This document shows positions 28,614 through 36,982 of a stretch of DNA of 64,000 bases, piece by piece (the first letter of the stretch is position 1; each line of letters begins with the position of its first letter). The stretch spans positions 64,001 through 128,000 of the forward strand of contig CAXXHO010000004.1 in assembly GCA_963667725.2 (NCBI GenBank), read 5' to 3'. Origin of the DNA: Treponemataceae bacterium (GTDB taxonomy: Bacteria > Spirochaetota > Spirochaetia > Treponematales > Rectinemataceae). The position numbers and the translations under genes were made by a program. A model generated the notes under the pieces. That model did not search any database. It worked only from the letters and a program-made list of their open reading frames with translations, and had not been told where the DNA came from.

Positions 28614-29402
28614 ATGCGCGCCACTACGCTGAGCAGGGCGGCATTCCGTCTCGCGGCGGCGCTGCTGTTGGCGGCGGCCTTCCCTTCGTTCGTCGCGGCC
28701 CAGAATCTGGCGGCCTGGTTCGCCGCGCCGGCGAACCAGGCCGCGTACGGTGCCCTGGCCGCTGAGGCTCAGCAGCTGGCGGCGGCCCTCTCCCAGGCCG
28801 GACTCTCGGACAGCCTCCTGGCCGATCGCTTAGTCGAAGCGGCCAAAAAACGCGTAGCCCCGGCGACGTTAGCCGCCACCTTGCGCGAGGACACCCAGCG
28901 CTGCCTGGCGGTGGCCGCCTCGCTCAGAGGCCTCGGGCTCCTACCCTCGGACCCAAAAAAAGCCTCGGCGTCCGTCGAGCAGGCATCCCTCATCCTCCGC
29001 GCGGGCATCTCGGAGCAAGCCCTCCGGGCCGCCTTTGCGGCCGCCGCGGACAAGCTCGGCGCGAACCAGGCCGCCGTGGACCGGGCGCTGGCCGCCCTCT
29101 CCGTGGTCGCCACGCTCGAGGCCGAGTACCGCCTCTCCGATGCCGAGGTTCTCGCCCTGGCGACGGGGCTGGTCGACTGCGATCTCTCCAACGGCAAGCT
29201 CAATTCCCTGGTGGCCGCGATCAAGTCCGCGGTCAAGAAAGGCCTATCCGTCTCCCAGGCGATCGACGATTCCCTGGCCAAGGTCACCAAGGGCAAATCC
29301 TCCAACGCCAACACCGAAAAGTCGAACAATGCCGACAAGGAAAAGAAGTCCAAGGAGAACAACGGCAAGGGGAGCGGCTCGAAGAAGGGGCTGAGCGGGT
29401 AG
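28614..29402 (+). CDS. Secreted Ala-rich hypothetical protein with Lys-rich tail
   Basis: Signal peptide; directly follows the anti-sigma gene. Confidence 0.7.
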   Translation: MRATTLSRAAFRLAAALLLAAAFPSFVAAQNLAAWFAAPANQAAYGALAAEAQQLAAALSQAGLSDSLLADRLVEAAKKRVAPATLAATLREDTQRCLAVAASLRGLGLLPSDPKKASASVEQASLILRAGISEQALRAAFAAAADKLGANQAAVDRALAALSVVATLEAEYRLSDAEVLALATGLVDCDLSNGKLNSLVAAIKSAVKKGLSVSQAIDDSLAKVTKGKSSNANTEKSNNADKEKKSKENNGKGSGSKKGLSG

Positions 29403-29416
29403 GCTTTGCCGTTGAC

Positions 29417-30565
29417 TTAGGCTCCAGCATCCAATAGCTGGGCAACGAGGGCATCGAGCGGGCAAAAAACAACGCGGAGATTGCCAATTTCCCGTTCGTA
29501 GGACCGATGCAGATCCGCCGCGACCACGTAATTGCGCCCCTGCGGATGAAGGGCTCTGAAGGCTCGAATGCCGTTAGGCTCGAATGCGTCGGCGGACCAT
29601 TTTACCTCTATCGCGCTGGGCGCTGTTCCGCGCGGCGCCCAAACAAAGTCGACTTCATGCCCTTCCTTGTCGCGCCAGGTGAACGGCGCGCTGTCCTGAA
29701 GTCCCGCGTTCATTTCGTTCAAGACGAGGTGTTCCCAGAAAAAGCCTTTTTCCTTTGCCGGAATCTCATGCAGCCCCTGCGCCCAGGCAATGAACCCTGT
29801 ATCGAAGCCATAGACGCGCGGTGTGGCCGTGATTTCCCTGGCGTTCCCCCCATGATAGGGACGCACGACGTGTACGAGATGCGTTGCTTCTAATATCCCG
29901 AGATAATTTATAATAGTGGTGCGGCTTACGCCGCATGAGGCCGCGAACGCGGTGGCGTTGAATTGCCCTCCGCTCTGCGCCAGAAGCAGTTCAGCGAATT
30001 TCAGGAACGAGGCGCGGCGCTCCAAGCGAAACAATTCGAGAATATCGCGCGCCCAGAATGCTTCTATCCATTCCGAATACTCTCTGTCATCGCGCGCTTC
30101 GGCAAGGAAGAATCCAGGCAAGCCGCCGTTCAGGAACCGTCTTGAACGATCGCCGTATCCCGGGAACGCGGTATCGTTTTCGCAGAGCGGGGTGAGCCTG
30201 AGTTCCAGCTTTCTGCCCGCCAAGGTATCTTTGAACTTTGCTGATGCGCCTAAGGTCGACGACCCTGTCGCTACAATGCGGATTTCCGGGAAATGGTCGG
30301 CGGCAATTTTAAGGAGGAGCGCGGGGTCGGCGAGCCGATGGATTTCGTCGAGCGCGAGGATTCCGCTCCCGATAGCTTTGAGGAATGCTTCAGGATCCTC
30401 AATCTCCCTTCGCACTGAAGGCAACTCGCAATCAAAGTAGCGGATTCCCTCCAAATTCTTGCAGAGAACGGTCTTTCCCACCCTACGGACGCCTGACAGC
30501 CAGACGATCGGACGCTTTTCCCATAGCGATCGGATTCTTGCTTCCCACCATTGCCTTTGTATCAT
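29417..30565 (-). CDS. AAA_14 ATPase with DUF4143 domain
   Basis: GVRRVGKT, LDEIH, TGSS, EVDFV...IEVKW. Confidence 0.9.
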   Translation of the reverse strand: MIQRQWWEARIRSLWEKRPIVWLSGVRRVGKTVLCKNLEGIRYFDCELPSVRREIEDPEAFLKAIGSGILALDEIHRLADPALLLKIAADHFPEIRIVATGSSTLGASAKFKDTLAGRKLELRLTPLCENDTAFPGYGDRSRRFLNGGLPGFFLAEARDDREYSEWIEAFWARDILELFRLERRASFLKFAELLLAQSGGQFNATAFAASCGVSRTTIINYLGILEATHLVHVVRPYHGGNAREITATPRVYGFDTGFIAWAQGLHEIPAKEKGFFWEHLVLNEMNAGLQDSAPFTWRDKEGHEVDFVWAPRGTAPSAIEVKWSADAFEPNGIRAFRALHPQGRNYVVAADLHRSYEREIGNLRVVFCPLDALVAQLLDAGA

Positions 30566-30586
30566 ACAGGAAGCTTAATGCAGTCT

Positions 30587-30620
30587 ATGACCAAACGCAA
30601 GTCTACTTGCGTTTGGTCAT
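30587..30620. promoter_or_regulatory. Perfect 16-bp inverted repeat upstream of the ATPase gene
   Basis: ATGACCAAACGCAAGT-CT-ACTTGCGTTTGGTCAT. Confidence 0.65.
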
Positions 30621-30656
30621 GACGAAACGAAAATAGACTTACTTTTTTAGCGGTCG

Positions 30657-30709
30657 ATCCTGACAGTCCTGCCATCCTGTCCAAAAGTCAAAATTGAGGT
30701 CTGCCCCCA
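30657..30709 (+). repeat. Degenerate right arm of the long repeat plus degenerate short motif
   Basis: ATCCTGACAGTCCTGCCATCCTGTCC-AAAAGTCAAAATTGAGGTCTGCCCCC. Confidence 0.7.
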
Positions 30710-30711
30710 GG

Positions 30712-30740
30712 TTGAATAAAGTCAGCCAATGCGCTATATT
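30712..30740 (+). promoter_or_regulatory. Sigma70-type promoter of the helicase gene
   Basis: TTGAAT-17 nt-TATATT. Confidence 0.6.
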
Positions 30741-30889
30741 ACAATAAATTCATCGAACGGCGCTGCATGAATCGAATTTGTAACATTTTCGAACGCCGTT
30801 TTACTGAGCTAGCCCTCCGCCGCCACCGTGCGGCCTCAGCCTTGATTGACCAGATTCATGCTGTTCAAGCAAACCACTAGGATTCTCAC

Positions 30890-32026
30890 TTGAATTTCTC
30901 CTCATTCGGATTCGACCAGCGGATAGCCGCCGCCATTGCCGCGGCTGGCTACGAAACCCCCACGCCCATCCAGGAAAAGACGATTCCCGCCACGTTGGCG
31001 GGCAAGGACGTGCTGGGCCTTGCCCAGACGGGCACCGGCAAGACGGCGGCCTTCGCGCTGCCGATCTTCCAGCGGCTATTGGGCGGCGAGCGCTGCGTGA
31101 TCCGCGCCCTCGTCATTTCCCCCACGCGGGAGCTGGCCGAGCAGACGCACCAGGCTTTCGAGATGCTGGGCAAGGACACGGGCTTCCGCAGCATGAGCAT
31201 GTACGGCGGCGTTACAGTCAAGTCGCAGGTTAAGACGCTCAAGGGGCGCATGCCCGAGATCATCGTGGCCTGCCCGGGTCGCCTCCTGGACCTGATGGGC
31301 CAGGGCTATGTCGACCTGCGCTCGGTCGAGACGCTGGTGCTGGACGAGGCCGACCAGATGTTCGACATGGGCTTCATGCCCTCGATCAAGAAGATCATCG
31401 CAGCCCTGCCCCGCGCGCATCAGACCCTGCTCTTTTCCGCCACCCTCCCCCAGGAGATCCGCACGCTGGCCAAGCAGTACCAGCGCGATCCGGTCCGCGT
31501 CGAGATCGGCAATTCCAAGCCGGTGGAGACGGTGAGCCACTACGTGAGCTCGATGGGCCAGAACGACAAGTACGAGGCCTTGCGCTCCGTGCTGGTGGAC
31601 GACTGGGGTTCGAACGGCCCCGGCGGGCAGACGCTGGTCTTCACGCGCACGAAGCACCGGGCCAAGCGGCTCGCGCAGCAGCTCGCCAATTCGGGCTTCG
31701 CGGCCACGTCCCTGCAGGGCAACCTTTCCCAGGGCCAGCGCGAGAAGGCCATGGCGAATTTCCGCTCCGGCCGCGCCGCGATCATGGTGGCGACCGACAT
31801 CGCCGCCCGCGGCATCGATATCACCAAGATTTCCCGCGTGATCAACTTCGATATTCCCGACACCCCCGAGGCCTATACGCACCGCATCGGCCGCACGGGG
31901 CGCATGGAGCGCAAGGGCGTTGCCCTGACCTTCGTGACGCCCGAGGATTCGTCCGTGCTGCGCCAGATCGAGCGCTTTATCGGCGCTCCGATCGAGCGAA
32001 TGTCCCTGCCGGCGGTTGGGGAGTAA
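30890..32026 (+). CDS. DEAD-box RNA helicase (RhlE-like)
   Basis: AQTGTGKT, PTRELA, LDEAD, SAT, ARGID, HRIGRTGR. Confidence 0.95.
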   Translation: MNFSSFGFDQRIAAAIAAAGYETPTPIQEKTIPATLAGKDVLGLAQTGTGKTAAFALPIFQRLLGGERCVIRALVISPTRELAEQTHQAFEMLGKDTGFRSMSMYGGVTVKSQVKTLKGRMPEIIVACPGRLLDLMGQGYVDLRSVETLVLDEADQMFDMGFMPSIKKIIAALPRAHQTLLFSATLPQEIRTLAKQYQRDPVRVEIGNSKPVETVSHYVSSMGQNDKYEALRSVLVDDWGSNGPGGQTLVFTRTKHRAKRLAQQLANSGFAATSLQGNLSQGQREKAMANFRSGRAAIMVATDIAARGIDITKISRVINFDIPDTPEAYTHRIGRTGRMERKGVALTFVTPEDSSVLRQIERFIGAPIERMSLPAVGE

Positions 32027-32039
32027 GCGCTCTCCCGCG

Positions 32040-32100
32040 AAAGAGCGCGGTTCGGCGGCTCGCATCCTCGCGATGCGCGGCGCTGGACCGCGCTTTTTTT
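32040..32100 (+). terminator. Probable intrinsic terminator
   Basis: AGCGCGGTTCGGCG...CGCTGGACCGCGCT hairpin followed by a T-run. Confidence 0.6.
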
Positions 32101-32187
32101 ATAATTGCGGCGCTGGGCGACTCATAGTATAGTGCCTTCACTGAGCCGGTCCGGCTGGTTTTCCTACTGCACTCCAAGGAGCCCGCA

Positions 32188-32595
32188 ATGAGAAAAAGCA
32201 CCTTTGCCCTCTTTTCCCTCGCGATCCTGGCGCTGATGGCCAGCTGCACTCCCTTTGCCCTTAACGACGCGCTGGGGGAGTGGGAAGTCGCCTCCGGCAC
32301 CATAAAGGGCGTGGCTGCCACGAGCATTCACTTAAGCGTGATGTCCGATGGGCAAATGTACGATGCGGGCTGGGATACCGCGGACAATCACTACTGGCTC
32401 CATTGTGATGGCTCCACGGCGAAGAATGTCTTTACTGGCATCTACGATGGCAACGACGACGGTGGACAGATCGCCGACGACCAGCAGATTACGATCACGC
32501 TCTCGCTCAAGAACGGCAAGCTTTCCGCGAAATTCACCGGCGCGGGACCGCTCGACGGCGTCACTTTCACGGATCTGACGAAGGCAACCCTCTAG
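32188..32595 (+). CDS. Small lipoprotein of unknown function
   Basis: RBS AAGGAG; lipobox MASC. Confidence 0.75.
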   Translation: MRKSTFALFSLAILALMASCTPFALNDALGEWEVASGTIKGVAATSIHLSVMSDGQMYDAGWDTADNHYWLHCDGSTAKNVFTGIYDGNDDGGQIADDQQITITLSLKNGKLSAKFTGAGPLDGVTFTDLTKATL

Positions 32596-32705
32596 CAAAC
32601 CAGGCGCCCCGGCTTTACCGCCGCGGCGCCTCATTTTATACTGACTCAGCATCGAAGCCGCGGCGCCGGGAATGACGTTGTGCGCTCGATACCGGGAGGC
32701 TTTCC

Positions 32706-33413
32706 TTGTTCGCTATCAATCTGACTTCAAAACGTTATGCGGAACTGGCTGGAAAAATCGACACGGTCATCATCCCCGTGGGCAGCTTCGAGGCCCACGG
32801 GATGCACTGCCCGCTGGGCACCGACATCCTGATTCCGGAGCGCATGTGCCGCGATCTTGAGGCGGCGGCGGGCGGCGATTTCCTCATCGCGCCGACGGTG
32901 AACTACGGCTACACGCCCACCCTGGCCGGATTTCCCGGCACGGTGACGATCCCCGCCGAGACGCTCATAAGCCTCTACGCCGAGATCGGCTCCTGCTTCG
33001 TGCGCTGGGGCGCGAAGAACATCGTCTTCATGAACGGGCACGGCGGGAACATCGCGGCGCTCACACTGGCTTGCGACAAGATTGCGGCGGCGGGCGGCAC
33101 GGCCCTCGTGATCAGCTGGTGGGCGACCTACTCGGCGGAGATCCTGAAGATCTGCGGCACGCAGGGCCACGCGGGCGAGGACGAGACCTCGACGGTGCTC
33201 GCGATCGACGCCTCGCTTGTCGACGATTCCGCGCGGAGCGTCCACCTGCGCAAGGTGTTCTGCGCGCCGCTCTCGGGTCCGACGCAGACCAAGGCGCGCT
33301 ATCCCGAGGCTATGAACGGCGACGCCACGGCCGCCACTCGCGAAAAAGGCGAAAAACTCTACGCCATGCTGCTCGCGGCCCGATTCACGGCTAATCCGAA
33401 GGCTGCAGCGTGA
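32706..33413 (+). CDS. Creatininase family protein
   Basis: 'PVGSFEAHGMHCPLGTD', 'NGHGGN', 'HAGEDETS'. Confidence 0.9.
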   Translation: MFAINLTSKRYAELAGKIDTVIIPVGSFEAHGMHCPLGTDILIPERMCRDLEAAAGGDFLIAPTVNYGYTPTLAGFPGTVTIPAETLISLYAEIGSCFVRWGAKNIVFMNGHGGNIAALTLACDKIAAAGGTALVISWWATYSAEILKICGTQGHAGEDETSTVLAIDASLVDDSARSVHLRKVFCAPLSGPTQTKARYPEAMNGDATAATREKGEKLYAMLLAARFTANPKAAA

Positions 33414-35778
33414 AATAGAAGCAGGCGCCCTTGCCGGGCTCGGCTTCGGGCCAGATGCGTCCGCCATGCCGGCTCACGATTCGCTTGACCGTTACGAGCC
33501 CGATGCCCGTTCCCGAATATTCCGTCATCGCGTGGAGCCGATGGAAGGGCGTGAAGAGTTTCCCCGCGTAGGCCATGTCGAAGCCGACGCCGTTGTCTTT
33601 GACCCAGAAGACCGTCGTGTCCGCCGCCCCCTGCCGGTCCTGCCGCGCGCCCATCTCGATGCGCGGCGAGGCCGCCTTGCCGCTGAACTTGATCGCGTTG
33701 CCCAGAAGGTTCCGCAGGAGTATGTCGAGCAAAGCGGGATCGGCGAAGCATTTCATTCCCACCTGGATCTGCACGGTCGGACGGTTGGCCGATTCCGCCT
33801 CCACGCCGTCGAGCAGCTGCGCCGCTATCGTCTCCGCCATATCGCTGACATCAATCCGCGTTCTGACGAGGGGAGCCCGCGTCAGGCGGGAAAGGCTGAG
33901 CAGATCTTCGATGAGCTGTCCCATTCGCGTGGAGGCGCTTCTGATCCGCCGCAAATAATCATTGCCTTTTTCATCGAGGACCCGTCCGTATTGCTCGGAA
34001 AGAATCGCGCTGAATCCCTCCATCGCGCGCAGGGGCGCCCGGAGATCATGGGAGACCGCGTACGAGAAGGCCTCCAGCTCTTTCAGGGAAGCTGCGAGCT
34101 CGACGGTCCTTTCGGACACGCGCCGCTCCAAATCCTGGTTGAGCTTCTTCACTTCCTCCTCTGCCTTGGTCCGCTCGGCGATTTCCAGCGTCAATTGGCG
34201 CGTGCTCTGAATCACTTTTTTCCGCAGCATCCTTGACCAGAGCAGAACGACTATAAGAAGGAAGACCGCCACCAGCGCGACGTACTGGAGGGCGATCAGG
34301 AATTTCGAGCCTATCCGCTCGTAGGACCCGAGCCATTTCTCCTCGATGCGACGATATTCGCCCGAGGCGATCACCGCGGCGAGCCCTTGCGACAATTGGG
34401 CCTGCAATACGCCGTTCGCGCTGGGAACCGCGTAGCAGTACTCGGCGGCGAGGAGTGGCGCGCCGGAAAGCCGTATGTTCGAAAGTTTGTTGCTTTTAAT
34501 GAAATAGAGGGCCGGAATTTTAGCCACGAGGGCGACATCGTATTTCCCCTCGGCGACCAGCCGCAGCGCGTTTTCCTGCGTGGCGACCCGGACGAGGCTG
34601 TCGCCGAGGCCGGCGGCGGTCGCGAAGTCATCCATGACATCGCCTTTCATGACGACGACGGATTTGCCTTTCAGCTGCTCCAGGGTTTCCGGGATTGGGG
34701 AACGTGATCGTCCCGCGATGACATGGTTCACCACGGCGTGGGCGGGAGTAAAGCCGTAGACCTTGTCGCGCTCCGCCGAATAGAACATCCCTTGAACAAC
34801 GTTGATCGAACCGTCGCTCAAGCCTTGCCGTATCTCGTCCCAGGTGCCCAGGCGTATCTCGACGTCCAAGCCCGCCTGGGCGGCGATGGCGCGGGTGAGG
34901 TCGACGTTGTATCCCGCGGGCTGGCCGTTTTTGTCCAGGAATTCGTACGGCGGATAGTCCTTGTCGCCGCCGATGATGATTCGGCTCCTGGCCTGCCCCA
35001 AGGCTTCTATTTCGGAAAACCAGGTCGCGTAGAGACTCCGGAACGTTCCATCCGATACCGCCAGAGAGAGTCCTTCGTTCAGCGTGGCGAGCAGTTCGGT
35101 GTTTCCCTTGTACGTGGCGAAGCAGAAGCTCTGCTTGAAGTCTTCGAGGGGCGGCCCCACGGCGCGAAGGTTGGCGAGACCGTTGTTCTTGATGATCTGC
35201 ATGGCGACGAGCTTCTGGATGACGACTGCGTCGTAATTGCCGCCAGAGAGTTCGCGAAGCGCCGTATCGAAGGAATCGAGGGGTATGATCTCGGCGCCGA
35301 GCTTGGCTTTCCTGAGGTATTCCTCGGCATTGTCGCCCCTGAGCACGGCGACTTTTTTGCCGGCGAGGTCGGCCGGCGTCTGGATATCGGCAGTATCGTC
35401 GCGCACGACGATCGTTCCATGCATGACGAGGTAGGGGACGGTGAATTCGTAGATCGCCTCACGCTCCGGGGTCCGGCCTACGAGCGGCAGGACTTCGATC
35501 CGCTTTTCCACAAGGTCGCGCTTGAGATCCTCCCAGGCTCCCGCCTTGAAGACGACGTCCCGGCCCATGGCCTTCATGGCCGCGCGCAGCAGTTCGACGG
35601 AAAATCCGGTCACCGAACCGTCGGGATTGACGATGCAATAGGGGGGATAGTCGTACTCGCAGCCCGATCGGAGCGGGGCGAGATTTTTCTGGGCGCCGAG
35701 CGTGCCCGAAAAGGTTGCGATCGCCCCGAGGAGGAGGATCAGGAGAACGAGGCGTATGGCGGGGCGCTTTGCATTCAT
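33391..35778 (-). CDS. Sensor histidine kinase with two family-3 solute-binding domains
   Basis: Two 'DYPPY' domains, TM helix, 'FSYAVSHDLRAPL', 'DNGVGF', 'GTGIGL'. Confidence 0.92.
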   Translation of the reverse strand: MNAKRPAIRLVLLILLLGAIATFSGTLGAQKNLAPLRSGCEYDYPPYCIVNPDGSVTGFSVELLRAAMKAMGRDVVFKAGAWEDLKRDLVEKRIEVLPLVGRTPEREAIYEFTVPYLVMHGTIVVRDDTADIQTPADLAGKKVAVLRGDNAEEYLRKAKLGAEIIPLDSFDTALRELSGGNYDAVVIQKLVAMQIIKNNGLANLRAVGPPLEDFKQSFCFATYKGNTELLATLNEGLSLAVSDGTFRSLYATWFSEIEALGQARSRIIIGGDKDYPPYEFLDKNGQPAGYNVDLTRAIAAQAGLDVEIRLGTWDEIRQGLSDGSINVVQGMFYSAERDKVYGFTPAHAVVNHVIAGRSRSPIPETLEQLKGKSVVVMKGDVMDDFATAAGLGDSLVRVATQENALRLVAEGKYDVALVAKIPALYFIKSNKLSNIRLSGAPLLAAEYCYAVPSANGVLQAQLSQGLAAVIASGEYRRIEEKWLGSYERIGSKFLIALQYVALVAVFLLIVVLLWSRMLRKKVIQSTRQLTLEIAERTKAEEEVKKLNQDLERRVSERTVELAASLKELEAFSYAVSHDLRAPLRAMEGFSAILSEQYGRVLDEKGNDYLRRIRSASTRMGQLIEDLLSLSRLTRAPLVRTRIDVSDMAETIAAQLLDGVEAESANRPTVQIQVGMKCFADPALLDILLRNLLGNAIKFSGKAASPRIEMGARQDRQGAADTTVFWVKDNGVGFDMAYAGKLFTPFHRLHAMTEYSGTGIGLVTVKRIVSRHGGRIWPEAEPGKGACFYFTLQPSD

Positions 35779-35834
35779 AGGTTCATTCTAATGCACGCCG
35801 TTTCGCGCGTCGATGCGGCATTTCGCGATTTCGC

Positions 35835-36801
35835 TCAGCCCGCCGCGTCCTCGAACACGCGCGCGAAGTTGCGCCAGGCGATTTTCTCGACCTCGCCCTC
35901 GGAATAGCCCGAGGCGAAGAGGGCGTCGATGATGGCCTGGGCGCGCGAGGCGTCCTCGAGGCCGGACACGAGGGGGTATTCCTCGCGCGTGTAGAGGTAT
36001 TCGCAGAAGTGGAGGCCGAGGCCGACGTGGTCGACTCCCGCGGCGCCGATCATGTGGTTCAGGTGCTCCATGTAGCGTTCGAGCGTGTGGTGGGCGCGGT
36101 CGGCGGCGGGCGCGAGCGCCGCGGGGCTGGTCATGCAGCCGACAAGGCCGCCCGAGTCGGCGATATCGCGCAACGCTTCGTCGGAGAGGTTGCGGCCGGT
36201 GTCGTACACCGCCTTGCACGAGGGTGTGCGAGAGCATGACGGGCCTGGTCGAGGCGGCGAGGATGTCGCGCCGCGTGGCCGCGCCGGCGTGGGCCATGTC
36301 CACCAGGATGCCGAGCTTGTTCATGGCGGCCAGGGCCTCGCGGCCTTTTTCGGTGAGGCCGCCGCCGGAGCCGAGCGCCCCGCCGCCGAAGATGTTGTCG
36401 TCGTTGTGCGTGAGCGAGGCGACGCGCAGGCCGGCCTCGCCATAGAGCCGCCACAGCCAATCAATATCGCCCAACGTTGCGGAGAGTCCCTCGTAGCCGA
36501 CGACGGCCGCGAAGGCGCCGGATTCCATGGCGGCGCGGAGATCGGCGGCGCGGAGCACGGTCACGGCGCCAGGCCACGCGGCGGCGAGCTCGCGCCGCGC
36601 CGCCGCGATGAAGCGCTCGAGGTGCTCGGGACCGGCCGCCTCGCCGGCCATGCGGCAGTCTATAAGGGCCGCTCCCGCGACGCCTCCGGCGCGCATGCGG
36701 CGCAGGTGGCGCTCCTCGAGCTCGGGCGCGGCGTTATGCGATTCATGCCGGCGCGTCAAGTCCATGAACACGTCGGCGTGCAAGTCAAATATCGGCACCA
36801 T
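35835..36801 (-). CDS. Membrane dipeptidase (M19), one frameshift near 36223
   Basis: 'DLHAD', 'LTHN', 'VDMAH', 'SHT', 'RNLSDE'. An extra C in a C-run breaks the frame; probably a sequencing error. Confidence 0.8.
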
Positions 36802-36810
36802 GGCTAATAG

Positions 36811-36973
36811 GACAGGATGACAGGATAAGAGGACAGGATTTACAGGAAAAGGACTTTGGTTAGGATAGCGTTTTCTTCGCATCCTGTTATCGCGTCTTTC
36901 TTCTTCTCTCTTTCTTCTCTTCTCTCAACCAAAAACTCTTTCCTGCCAGTCCTGCTCATCCCGTTATCCTGTC
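36811..36973 (+). repeat. Long hairpin repeat, copy 13
   Basis: More divergent copy inside a peptidase operon. Confidence 0.9.
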
Positions 36974-36982
36974 CAACCCCCC

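Noticed and set aside
35835..36801. Dipeptidase as a true pseudogene or programmed frameshift
   Set aside because: One extra base in a homopolymer with both halves intact; sequencing error is more likely.
1233..36973. Canonical integron attC sites (GTTARGA and TCTTAAC boxes are present)
   Set aside because: The boxes are internal and in GTT...AAC order, the reverse of RYYYAAC...GTTRRRY, and there is no intI in the window.
1233..36973. Long repeats as simple intrinsic terminators
   Set aside because: They are too long, lack a consistent U-tract after the stem, occur between divergent genes, and keep one orientation whatever the gene direction.
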